Assembly: GCA_021785005.1 (NCBI GenBank)
Contig: JAJYGT010000128.1
Location: 1,361-25,360 of the forward strand
DNA: 24,000 nt
From: Actinomycetes bacterium
GTDB taxonomy: Bacteria > Actinomycetota > Acidimicrobiia > Acidimicrobiales > Acidimicrobiaceae
Reading direction: 5' to 3'
In this document: positions 1-8,235 of the stretch, in pieces
Layout: every line of letters starts with the position of its first letter
Position numbering within the stretch: position 1 is the first letter of the stretch
Made by a program: the position numbers and the translations under genes
The notes under the pieces: model-generated
Seen by the model: only the letters and a program-made list of their open reading frames with translations
Told to the model about the DNA's origin: nothing
The model's database searches: none

Positions 1-121
1 TTGGCTGGTCGTTTTGTTTATTTTGCAACGTACGCAGTGAGGATAAATGGTAAGCGCGAGTTGTCAAACCTTCGCTCATTTGGTGGCATTAAACGAGTAT
101 TCATCTGTCCATAATCGCGAA

Positions 122-1225
122 TCAGTTAGATCTGGCGAGTGTATCCGAGGGATTTTCTCCAAAGCGGGCTCGGTAACTCGCCGCGAAGCGGCCCAAATGC
201 GTGAATCCCCACGATTTTGCAATTTCCGCGATCGAAATGATTTCTGGTGCGAATCTACTTGAGTCTCTAAGTTCATCGTTCACTCGTTGTAGACGTTGAT
301 CACGAATGTACGATATGGCAGAAGTATCAAGTTCAGTAGCAAATGCGCTTTGGAGTGTCCTTGGACTGCAGTTTGCAGCATTGGCTAAATCTGCGATGGT
401 GATGTCTTCTGCAAGGTGTCCCTCGATGAATGCGACTGCTCTTCGCAAGGTTCGACTTGCCGGGGTTCTACCTGGAGTTCGTAGTTCCTGAGAATAATTC
501 GACGTCTGCACTAATAGTAGCGTTGCCGCTATGTAGTCTTCGAGTGATGTAAGTCCGGTTTCGATTTCTGATAACGGGGTTGGATGAGAGATTTCTTCAT
601 GCAGAAGCTGTATTGCCGATAGCCAACGCATTGACGATGCGGAAAATTGATCCAAAGCCTTGTCGAAAATAATCTCAGTGCGCACAGAGCGTCCTAACAT
701 GCGTTGCAGTTGTTGTTCAACCAACTTATGGGAAATCCGAACAAAAAGATGAGGCGAATCCGGTTCGAGATGAAATACTAAACGTTCGCTTGGAGGCGCT
801 ATATACGCTTGGACAGTTGAGGATTGAATCGCAGTCGAACCTATTTTGAACGTGCCTATCCCGTTGGTCGGCATAAACACAAAAAAGAAATCATTCGGCG
901 CGTTTTCGCAGGTAACTTCGACTGCTACGCGGTAGTCGAGGTAACCAAGAGTAATATCGCGCAGCTTTGCAGCATGCAATGACGCGTGAAAGTCAGAGGT
1001 GTCCCTGGCTAAAACGGTCAGGCGGTGTTTTCCCAGTATTTGTTCAAAGCCCTTTTCTGCGTCTCGAATTACGTTGGACGAAAAGATCTCGTACGATTCC
1101 AACGCTGGTGGAATGCCCCTTGACCGACCTCGCCTTGGCACGTTTGAATTCGTCTTCAAGGTGTTCATCATTTGAAGGTTATGAATTGTCACAATGTTAG
1201 TCTCGCGTATTTTGGATATCCTCAA
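122..1225 (-). CDS. AraC/XylS-family transcriptional regulator (N-terminal sensor domain plus C-terminal dual HTH)
   Basis: 367-aa ORF. The C-terminal ~100 aa (AFIEGHLAEDITIADLANAANCSPRTLQSAF...ISIAEIAKSWGFTHLGRFAASYRARFGENPSDT) is a textbook AraC-type HTH pair. The ORF-track start at 1225 is TTG; the first ATG (MMNTLK, at 1171) is an alternative start. The gene is divergent from the hydrogenase operon. Confidence 0.9.
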   Translation of the reverse strand: MRISKIRETNIVTIHNLQMMNTLKTNSNVPRRGRSRGIPPALESYEIFSSNVIRDAEKGFEQILGKHRLTVLARDTSDFHASLHAAKLRDITLGYLDYRVAVEVTCENAPNDFFFVFMPTNGIGTFKIGSTAIQSSTVQAYIAPPSERLVFHLEPDSPHLFVRISHKLVEQQLQRMLGRSVRTEIIFDKALDQFSASSMRWLSAIQLLHEEISHPTPLSEIETGLTSLEDYIAATLLLVQTSNYSQELRTPGRTPASRTLRRAVAFIEGHLAEDITIADLANAANCSPRTLQSAFATELDTSAISYIRDQRLQRVNDELRDSSRFAPEIISIAEIAKSWGFTHLGRFAASYRARFGENPSDTLARSN

Positions 1226-1242
1226 CGTTTATAGTACACCGA

Positions 1243-1291
1243 AAATGCAAGTGGTAGCAGGAATTGGATTGCAAATGCGTGAAGTGGATAG
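1243..1291. promoter_or_regulatory. Imperfect direct repeat AAATGC(N0-2)AAGTGG(A)TAG x2 in the AraC/hydrogenase divergent intergenic region; candidate regulator binding sites
   Basis: Copy 1 is aaatgcaagtggtag (1243-1257) and copy 2 is aaatgcgtgaagtggatag (1273-1291). The AAGTGG cores are 33 nt apart, about three helical turns. AraC-family proteins typically bind tandem direct repeats. This rests on the sequence pattern only. Confidence 0.35.
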
Positions 1292-1317
1292 ATTCTGGTT
1301 TGCGCAGGGGAATAAGT

Positions 1318-1347
1318 TAACGTAATATTCAACCAAAGATTACGTTA
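1318..1347. promoter_or_regulatory. Perfect 9-bp inverted repeat TAACGTAAT-N12-ATTACGTTA immediately upstream of the RBS of the first hydrogenase-operon gene (operator or 5'-UTR hairpin)
   Basis: TAACGTAAT (1318-1326) and ATTACGTTA (1339-1347) are exact reverse complements. The right arm ends 3 nt before the GAGGGGG Shine-Dalgarno (1350-1356), which precedes the TTG start at 1361. Confidence 0.4.
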
Positions 1348-1360
1348 TGAGGGGGTTGTC

Positions 1361-1891
1361 TTGAGTATTAGTACACCGCAGGAGCTGAAGACTCTAACTG
1401 AGCGAGACAAATTAGAGCTGAAGCTTTCGGATCCGAGCGTTGTCTCGTCGTTATCTCAGCTTATCGACCAAGCGGGATTGTTGGCTTTTTTGCTGCAGAT
1501 GCTAGACGGATTTTTAGTCCGGGGCGATGTGATTGCAGATTCAATTTCCCAAATGGCCGTAGAGGCAAGAGAGCAAACAAATAATGTTTTTGGAGACGAT
1601 GCAGCCAACTTGCAGCAGATCGTTACCGTTCTTAGTCGCCTAGGGGTGTCTTTTGCCAAAGCGGCACCAGATATTGTGACACTGTTCGATTCGGGACTGT
1701 TTCGGTCCGATGTAGTTCAGCTTTTATCGACTGCGGCCGACGCGGCTGTCGAGGCCCGCGTAAAAGTTGCAAATAAGCACCCCCGGATCAAAAGCGCGTT
1801 CTCTTTGATGAAATCTCTAAAGGATCCTGACGTACAAAAAGGCATGAGTTACGTTGTTGAACTTGCCGCTTCGCTCGGCAGAAGGGTCTGA
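1361..1891 (+). CDS. DUF1641-like helical protein, first gene of the hydrogenase operon
   Basis: 176-aa ORF with a TTG start 4 nt after the GAGGGGG RBS. The C-terminal KSLKDPDVQKGMSYVVELAASLG resembles the conserved DUF1641 C-terminal motif (..L+DP.VQ+G+.f......LG). The N-terminal half is Leu-rich and helical. The family assignment is from memory of the motif, not a search. Confidence 0.65.
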   Translation: MSISTPQELKTLTERDKLELKLSDPSVVSSLSQLIDQAGLLAFLLQMLDGFLVRGDVIADSISQMAVEAREQTNNVFGDDAANLQQIVTVLSRLGVSFAKAAPDIVTLFDSGLFRSDVVQLLSTAADAAVEARVKVANKHPRIKSAFSLMKSLKDPDVQKGMSYVVELAASLGRRV

Positions 1892-1896
1892 CGACA

Positions 1897-2262
1897 ATGC
1901 ATGAGCTCTCACTCGCACGGGCAATACTCGCTGAAGTAGTCGAGGCAGCTACAGTTCGGGAAGTCGAATGCGTGGAATCCATACATTTGAAAATCGGAGC
2001 ACTCTGTGGTATCTTTGCTGATTCGTTGGAACTGGGATTCGAGATTGCCTCGGTCGGTACTATTTGTGAAGCGGCAAGTTTGCAGTTTTCGACGTCGCCG
2101 GTGACTATTTGGTGTCAAAGTTGCGATACGGCGGTTTCTCCGATAGGTCAATTGGATTTCAGATGTCCAAAATGCTTGACCAGCTCGGCACAGCTGATCA
2201 CGGGTCGAGAATTAGAAATAGTTAGCTTCACCCCAAAGCCTATTGCGCTTGTTTCATGTTGA
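1897..2262 (+). CDS. hypA: Hydrogenase nickel-insertion metallochaperone HypA
   Basis: 121 aa. It has the N-terminal MHELS Ni-binding motif and a Zn site CQSC-x17-CPKC. Its stop overlaps the hypB start (ATGTTGA). Confidence 0.92.
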   Translation: MHELSLARAILAEVVEAATVREVECVESIHLKIGALCGIFADSLELGFEIASVGTICEAASLQFSTSPVTIWCQSCDTAVSPIGQLDFRCPKCLTSSAQLITGRELEIVSFTPKPIALVSC

Positions 2263-2969
2263 AAAATCTTGTTCAAGACTCCAATGTTGTAGACCTTGGA
2301 TTAAATATTTTGGCTGCAAACGACAAAGACGCTGCTCAATTGCGCGATTTATTTCATAGCAATGGAGTGAAGGTTTTGAACTTGATCTCAGCGCCTGGAA
2401 CTGGAAAGACCGAACTTGTTGTTCGCGTATGCCAAGAGCTCAACTCGCGAGAGTGTTCGGTCGGCGTCGTTGTCGGGGATTGTGCCACAGAAAATGATGC
2501 CAAGAGAATTTCCCGCGTGTGTGAAAATGCAATACAGATCGTAACGCAAGGAGTGTGTCATCTAGAGGCGTCGATGCTTGCTAACGCAATAAAGGACTTA
2601 GATTTGTCATCTCTTGATGTTCTGTTGGTTGAAAATGTGGGAAACCTGGTATGTCCCTCTGACTTTGATCTGGGTGAAGACCTAAAAATCGCGCTTTTGT
2701 CGGTGACCGAAGGTGAAGACAAACCTTTGAAATATCCCGACTTGTTTTCAAGTGCTGATTTGATCGTGGTGACAAAAATGGATCTTGTTGAACCCTGTGA
2801 AACCGACATGGCCCAAATACATAGAAATATCAATCAGATTAATTTCGGTGTGAAAGTCGTCGAGACTTCAGCTCGAACAGGCGTGGGTATAGAAGCGCTT
2901 TGCGACTTCTTGCTAGGCGCAAATTGTAGAAATAAAGTTGGAGTTGGCCAAGTCAACTCCAACAGTTAG
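2256..2969 (+). CDS. hypB: Hydrogenase nickel-incorporation GTPase HypB
   Basis: 237 aa. It has the P-loop SAPGTGKTELV, the ENVGNLVCP metal/switch motif and TKMDL (NKxD-like). There is no N-terminal His-rich or CxxCGC extension. Confidence 0.92.
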   Translation: MLKNLVQDSNVVDLGLNILAANDKDAAQLRDLFHSNGVKVLNLISAPGTGKTELVVRVCQELNSRECSVGVVVGDCATENDAKRISRVCENAIQIVTQGVCHLEASMLANAIKDLDLSSLDVLLVENVGNLVCPSDFDLGEDLKIALLSVTEGEDKPLKYPDLFSSADLIVVTKMDLVEPCETDMAQIHRNINQINFGVKVVETSARTGVGIEALCDFLLGANCRNKVGVGQVNSNS

Positions 2970-2989
2970 AAAAGGAGAATCGGGTAGAC

Positions 2990-3961
2990 GTGGCTACAGT
3001 TTTATGGTTGCAGGGCGGCGCATGTTCTGGGAACACAATGTCGTTTACGACTGCGGAAGAACCGAGCGTGGTTGATCTGATAGTCGACTTTGGCTTGGAC
3101 CTGATTTGGCATCCATCACTAGGTGAAGAGCTCGGTGAAAATGCTAAGAAGATCTTCAAAGATGTCGCTTCGGGCGCTCGACCTCTTGATATTTTCGTGT
3201 TTGAAGGTACGGTAATTGAGGGTCCTGAAGGATCAGGCCGATTCAACATGTTTGCCGAGAGACCTATGAAAGATTGGGTAAATGATATCGCGGCGCAAGC
3301 GCAGATCGTCGTTGCCTTAGGAGATTGCGCGTGTTGGGGTGGCGTTCCCGCAACGGATCCAAATCCTACGTCGTCTACGGGCTTACAATTTCATAAGCGT
3401 GCCAAAGGTGGCTTCCTTGGTGCGGACTTCAAGTCGAAATTTGGACTTCCGGTCATCAATATCCCAGGATGCCCAGCTCATCCCGACTGGATCACTCAAA
3501 TTATCGTTGCTTTGGCGTCAGGTCGTGCCGGGGATATCGCCCTTGATGAGCTACATCGTCCTTTGACATTTTTTAAGAGTTTTACGCAAACCGGATGTAC
3601 TCGAGTTCAGTTCTTTGAATATAAGCAGTCGACTACGTCGTTTGGTGAAGGCACTAGAACTGGTTGTTTGTTCTATGAATTTGGGTGTCGTGGTCCAATG
3701 ACACATTCTCCCTGCAATCGGATCTTGTGGAATCGGCAATCGTCTAAGACCAGGGCTGGGATGCCTTGTACTGGATGTACTGAACCTGAATTTCCGTTCT
3801 TTGACCTAGCGCCAGGAACAGTGTTCAAAACCCAAAAGGTCAGTGGAGTGGTTCCCAAAGAGGTCCCCGAAGGCAATGACCACCTTACTTATATGGCACA
3901 TGCGATGGCAGCTCGAGTTGCAGCACCCCAGTGGTCAAAAGAGGACATGTTCGTGGTATAG
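2990..3961 (+). CDS. [NiFe]-hydrogenase small subunit, Tat-less cytosolic type (group 2a HupS/HucS-like, or 1h-like)
   Basis: 323 aa, GTG start with an AGGAG 12 nt upstream. The protein begins directly at the conserved WLQGGAC motif with no twin-arginine leader. Fe-S motifs present are GDCACWGG, PGCPAHP, QTGC, GCLFYEFGCRGP, SPC and PCTGC. The canonical CxxC reads C12-S-G-N15 and the canonical HxxC reads Q200-T-G-C203. Confidence 0.93.
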   Translation: MATVLWLQGGACSGNTMSFTTAEEPSVVDLIVDFGLDLIWHPSLGEELGENAKKIFKDVASGARPLDIFVFEGTVIEGPEGSGRFNMFAERPMKDWVNDIAAQAQIVVALGDCACWGGVPATDPNPTSSTGLQFHKRAKGGFLGADFKSKFGLPVINIPGCPAHPDWITQIIVALASGRAGDIALDELHRPLTFFKSFTQTGCTRVQFFEYKQSTTSFGEGTRTGCLFYEFGCRGPMTHSPCNRILWNRQSSKTRAGMPCTGCTEPEFPFFDLAPGTVFKTQKVSGVVPKEVPEGNDHLTYMAHAMAARVAAPQWSKEDMFVV

Positions 3962-4030
3962 AGCAATTGCTTTAATGACCGGCGGCAATCGATGAATGTT
4001 ATAGCTAGTAAATAGGAGAGACTAAAAGAT

Positions 4031-5638
4031 ATGACGGCAGTAGATCTACATGTGAGCCCTTTAGGTCGCGTTGAAGGCGATCTAGATGTGAGGGTAACGA
4101 TTCAAGACGGCGTGGTGACGTCAGCCTGGACAGAGGCTTCGATGTTTAGAGGTTTTGAAATAATTCTGCGAGGTAAGGATCCACAGGCGGGATTAATTGT
4201 CACCCCTAGGATTTGTGGGATTTGTGGTGGAAGCCACTTGTACAAAGCGGCTTACGCACTTGACGTAGCGTGGCAAACCGAGATGCCTGAAAATGCGACA
4301 CTTGTTCGAAATATCGCGCAAGCTGTGGAGACTTTGCAGAGCATTCCAAAATACTTTTATGCGCTTTTTGCGATTGATCTAGTTAACAAGAAATATTCAA
4401 AATCACCCATGTACGAAGAGGCAGTACGTAGATTTGCTCCGTATGTGGGTGAACACTATCAAAAGGGTGTAATTTTATCGAACAAGCCCGTGGAAGTGTA
4501 CGCGATTTTTGGTGGGCAATGGCCACATTCAAGCTTCATGGTTCCAGGTGGTGTGATGTGTGCGCCTACCCTTTCTGATGTTACTAGATCTTTGGCAATT
4601 CTTGACTTTTGGAAAAATGAGTGGCTGGAGAAAATTTGGCTAGGCGGGTCGATTGACCGTTGGCTTGAGAATCAAACCTGGGAAGATATTTTGGTCTGGC
4701 TAAATGAGAGTAAATCTCATTATGACTCCGACTGTGGATTTTTCATCAGATATTGCCAAGACGTGGGGCTAGATCTATACGGGAAGGGCGTCGGAAATTA
4801 CCTGGCAACGGGGACTTATTTTGACCCAGCAAGCTATGCACGCCCGACAATTGACGCTCGAAACGCAGCACTTATCAACCGGTCAGGTATTTATGCCGAC
4901 GGTGACTTTTTTTCATTTGATCAATCTCGAGTGCGCGAAGATGTTACCCACTCTTTTTACGAGGGTACTACTTCTAGACACCCTTTTGAAGGTGAGACAT
5001 TGCCCATCGATCCAGCCCTTGGTAAGAAACAAGATAAATATTCATGGGCCAAGTCTCCAAGATACGATGTTCCAGGCAAAGGTCATGTTCCGCTAGAAGT
5101 TGGACCTCTTGCGCGCAGGGTCGTCGCTGGTTCGCCAGGTGCAACTTCACATCAGGATTATGATCCGTTATTTTTGAACGTTATCAATTCAATTGGTCCC
5201 TCGATCATGGTGAGACAATTAGCTCGTATGCACGAGGCACCTAAATATTTTAAGTGGGTCAAGCAGTGGTTGCACCAGCTTAATTTGCAAGAGAGTTTTT
5301 ACAAAAAGCCCGTAGAAATTGATAACGCCAAGGGATTTGGTGGAACCGAAGCAGCTCGTGGTGCACTATGTGATTGGATTGTTCTTGAAAATGGCAAGAT
5401 TGCCAATTACCAAGTGATCACCCCAACTGCCTGGAATATTGGTCCCCGCGATAAGGCTGGAGTTCTTGGACCCATGGAGAATGCGCTTGTCGGAAGTCCG
5501 ATTGTAGACGTTACGGATCCAATCGAATTGGGCCACGTGGCCAGGAGTTTTGATTCGTGTTTAGTTTGCACAGTTCACGCGTATGACGGCAAAAGTGGCA
5601 AAGAGTTGAGTCGCTTTGTTGTAAATGGCATGGTTTAG
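4031..5638 (+). CDS. [NiFe]-hydrogenase large (catalytic) subunit
   Basis: 535 aa. The N-terminal metal-binding motif is RICGICGGSH (C62/C65). The C-terminal motif is DSCLVCTVH (C510/C513/H516), followed by a 19-aa extension of the kind removed by the maturation protease. Confidence 0.96.
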   Translation: MTAVDLHVSPLGRVEGDLDVRVTIQDGVVTSAWTEASMFRGFEIILRGKDPQAGLIVTPRICGICGGSHLYKAAYALDVAWQTEMPENATLVRNIAQAVETLQSIPKYFYALFAIDLVNKKYSKSPMYEEAVRRFAPYVGEHYQKGVILSNKPVEVYAIFGGQWPHSSFMVPGGVMCAPTLSDVTRSLAILDFWKNEWLEKIWLGGSIDRWLENQTWEDILVWLNESKSHYDSDCGFFIRYCQDVGLDLYGKGVGNYLATGTYFDPASYARPTIDARNAALINRSGIYADGDFFSFDQSRVREDVTHSFYEGTTSRHPFEGETLPIDPALGKKQDKYSWAKSPRYDVPGKGHVPLEVGPLARRVVAGSPGATSHQDYDPLFLNVINSIGPSIMVRQLARMHEAPKYFKWVKQWLHQLNLQESFYKKPVEIDNAKGFGGTEAARGALCDWIVLENGKIANYQVITPTAWNIGPRDKAGVLGPMENALVGSPIVDVTDPIELGHVARSFDSCLVCTVHAYDGKSGKELSRFVVNGMV

Positions 5639-5652
5639 TTAGGGAGTTCTTA

Positions 5653-6183
5653 TTGCAAGAGTCTCGAAATAGGATTTCAGCCCTTGAGGCGGTCGGATAT
5701 GGTGACAGCGAAACACCAAGTTCTCGCGTTGTTATCGTTGGTTGTGGAAATTTGCTGCGCGGCGACGACGCTGTCGGGCCGGTGCTAATTCGAGAGTTAC
5801 TTTCACTTGATTTGCCCAGTGATGTGACTCTTGTGGATGGCGGAACAGCGGGTATGGACGTAGCGTTCAGAATGCGCGGAGCGGATTTTGCGATTTTGGT
5901 CGATGCATCAACCACTGGATCAGAGCCTGGGACGATTTTTCGGATCCCTGGCTCTGAGGTAGAGCAGTTGCCATCGTTAGATGCGATCCATAGCCACGCA
6001 TTTAGATGGGATCACTCACTTGCTTTAGCTCATTGGCTTTTAGGTGACCAATTTCCAAAAGATGTCGTGGTGTACCTAATCGAAGCGGAGAATTTAATGA
6101 TTGGAGATCCAATTTCGAGTAAAGTTCGGCTTGCGATGGACCAGGTCTCAAAAATGATTGAACTTGAGGTTCAGGCTAAATGA
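5653..6183 (+). CDS. Hydrogenase maturation endopeptidase (HyaD/HybD/HupD/HupW family)
   Basis: 176 aa. TTG start 6 nt after AGGGAG. Family motifs present: VIVGCGNLLRGDDAVGP, LVDGGTAGMD, ILVDAS. It lies immediately downstream of the large subunit. Confidence 0.88.
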   Translation: MQESRNRISALEAVGYGDSETPSSRVVIVGCGNLLRGDDAVGPVLIRELLSLDLPSDVTLVDGGTAGMDVAFRMRGADFAILVDASTTGSEPGTIFRIPGSEVEQLPSLDAIHSHAFRWDHSLALAHWLLGDQFPKDVVVYLIEAENLMIGDPISSKVRLAMDQVSKMIELEVQAK

Positions 6184-6596
6184 GCGAGGCTTTTGCTACT
6201 GTGCCCCCTGTTTCACTGCGGGTTTCAATTATCGATGGGAACATGTTGATTTCAGCGATTGATGCCGAGAAGTATTTTGGTTCGGGAGTAATCGGTGTTA
6301 GGGCAAATGGGCGATACCTAGACGTCTATCCACTCAATTCAAGTGAGAACGGTGGCACCTATTTGAAGACGCGTGACAGCCACAAAAACCGATCCGCCTT
6401 TATCGAGGAGGTTCTTCGGGAAATTCCAAGAAGCGTACAAGGATCTTTTGTTGGGACCTGGAGTGTGGACTTTGGCTGTTTTAAATTTCTCATTCACAAC
6501 GCCGAAGCGCTACAGATGCCAACAAACGCAAATGACAACACCTTGAGAATCCAATGCACGCAAGGTAGTGAGAAAAAGGACGCGCTATGCCAATGA
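6180..6596 (+). CDS. Hypothetical protein (orf138), hydrogenase-cluster accessory gene
   Basis: 138-aa ORF. Its ATG overlaps the protease stop (ATGA) and its stop overlaps the next start, which implies translational coupling. I recognise no domain. Confidence 0.6.
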   Translation: MSEAFATVPPVSLRVSIIDGNMLISAIDAEKYFGSGVIGVRANGRYLDVYPLNSSENGGTYLKTRDSHKNRSAFIEEVLREIPRSVQGSFVGTWSVDFGCFKFLIHNAEALQMPTNANDNTLRIQCTQGSEKKDALCQ

Positions 6597-7855
6597 TACC
6601 AATGGAAACTAACGAGCAGATCGTGTTGGATATTGAGGCTCAACCTCTTGGGATTTTTTCGTGGCCAGCAGGCATGATGCTAATCGAAGGCTCTTCTTGG
6701 AATCAAGACGTGCTTAAGGCGCTTGGTAGCGGAAAATATCCCCGAGAATATCCTCCTGGGTTGAACTACTTAGAAACTGCTTTATCGGGTGGAGATACCG
6801 AGTTGGTTCTAAAGCAACTTTTGGATCAAGCGTCGCCAGATAATGTGGTGGTTGATTTCAATTTACTAGTGGTGGATCCTACTTTTGAACGGTACTTTGG
6901 CTTGTGCAAGGTCGCGACCGGAGATTTTCTGGCCTTGGTACAGCTGCAAGGTTACATCAATAACTACTGCACTTTGCCCGAGGTAGACAGCGCCAAATCG
7001 CCGTTGGTTCGTTCACTGTTGTGTTCTGCGAAGGCATCTGAACTGCTTGCGGCAAATGATCGCGTTGGGTCAATATCAAATCTTCGAGCAGCGATTAGCT
7101 ATTCGACATCTGTGTCGCCAATCTTGGCCGCGGCCCATCGCAGTGACTTGGCAGAAATACTGATGCGAGACGGCAGAAATGGTGTTGAGGCGATCGGACT
7201 TTGGCGCCAAGCGTTGATCGATTTGACGCACAGCGATTTAAATGGCCTCAAGGCCCAGATTCATTTAAGCCTTGCAATAGCACTCCAAGTAGTCCAAAGT
7301 GGTCATCCGAATGCACTTCGTGAAGCGGTTGGTCACTATCTAGATGCCACTCGATTGGTTAGCGCGGAGTCAGACCCATTGATTTTTGGAACTGCTCATA
7401 TGAATCTTGGACTCGCATATCTCTCGATGCCAATGACAGATGCGTCGGATCAGCTCAGGTATGGCATAGCTATTTCATCCTTGAGACAGGCGGTAGCAGC
7501 TTTTGACCGTGAACTTTATCTCGAGTCATGGGCCGGTGCGAGGCTTAATCTGGCCAATGCTTTAGTTTATGCTCCATCGTCTCACGCCAATGATAATTTG
7601 ACCGAAGCACTTTCTATGTATGAGGAGCTATTGCAGATAAAAAGAGATCTGCAAGACCCGGTTGGCTATGCAAGAATATGCGCAAATCAGGGCAATGTTA
7701 TGGCTCATTTAGGAATGTATGATTACGCGAAAGCCAAACTTCATGAGGCCAGGTCGATTTTTGAAGAGTTTAACATGCTCGCTGAGACCGCGACTATTAG
7801 AGAAATACTTGATGGGATAGAGCGAGAGCGAGTTGGTAGGGGGTCTAAAAGTTGA
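6587..7855 (+). CDS. TPR-repeat protein, hydrogenase-cluster accessory gene
   Basis: 422 aa. The C-terminal two thirds contain repeated TPR-like helix pairs (AHMNLGLAYLS, ARLNLANALVYA, ARICANQGNVMAHLGMYDYAKAKLHEARSIFEE). Both flanking genes overlap it. Confidence 0.72.
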   Translation: MPMIPMETNEQIVLDIEAQPLGIFSWPAGMMLIEGSSWNQDVLKALGSGKYPREYPPGLNYLETALSGGDTELVLKQLLDQASPDNVVVDFNLLVVDPTFERYFGLCKVATGDFLALVQLQGYINNYCTLPEVDSAKSPLVRSLLCSAKASELLAANDRVGSISNLRAAISYSTSVSPILAAAHRSDLAEILMRDGRNGVEAIGLWRQALIDLTHSDLNGLKAQIHLSLAIALQVVQSGHPNALREAVGHYLDATRLVSAESDPLIFGTAHMNLGLAYLSMPMTDASDQLRYGIAISSLRQAVAAFDRELYLESWAGARLNLANALVYAPSSHANDNLTEALSMYEELLQIKRDLQDPVGYARICANQGNVMAHLGMYDYAKAKLHEARSIFEEFNMLAETATIREILDGIERERVGRGSKS

Positions 7856-8235
7856 CGCAAGCATGGAGTCAATCGATGTTTGAAGTATTCATGTTTGGAG
7901 CCCAAGAGCGCTTTATTGATCGAGCCCTAACACATTTTGAAGGTCAAGATAACGCTCTAAGTGCCTTTGCCGACCCAGAAATTGGGAAGTCGAAGTTGGT
8001 AGTTGATTTCGTAGACGCACTTTTTTGCGACTTTAGTTTCGACAATATTGGTGGAGCATGTTTTGTTTTGCAGGCTTTGGCAAATAGACCGGTTGAAATC
8101 AACTGTATCAAGGGCACAATCGGCGATGTGTTGTTGCAACTAGCGAAATCGACATTTACTGAACTTTTGATTAAGCGGTGCTTTGAAGGACTTGAGTTGA
8201 TCGCAAGTTACGACTTTCGCCCGAGTGCGATTTAA
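7852..8235 (+). CDS. Hypothetical protein (orf127), hydrogenase-cluster accessory gene
   Basis: 127-aa ORF. The TTG start overlaps the upstream stop (TTGA); an in-frame ATG at 7876 (MFEVFMF) is an alternative. No domain recognised. The coding call rests on operon context and length. Confidence 0.5.
   Translation: MTQAWSQSMFEVFMFGAQERFIDRALTHFEGQDNALSAFADPEIGKSKLVVDFVDALFCDFSFDNIGGACFVLQALANRPVEINCIKGTIGDVLLQLAKSTFTELLIKRCFEGLELIASYDFRPSAI

Noticed and set aside
47-1200. ORFs 47..262, 76..276, 306..491 and 967..1200
   Set aside because: Most lie antisense to or out of frame within the well-supported AraC-family gene, apart from short ends that reach into its 3' flank. They have no RBS and their composition is not protein-like.
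2990-3100. Missed Tat signal peptide on the small subunit through an upstream alternative start
   Set aside because: hypB ends at 2969 and an AGGAG RBS sits at 2973-2977. The 20-nt gap leaves no room for a ~40-aa twin-arginine leader. The protein starts right at the conserved mature-domain motif.
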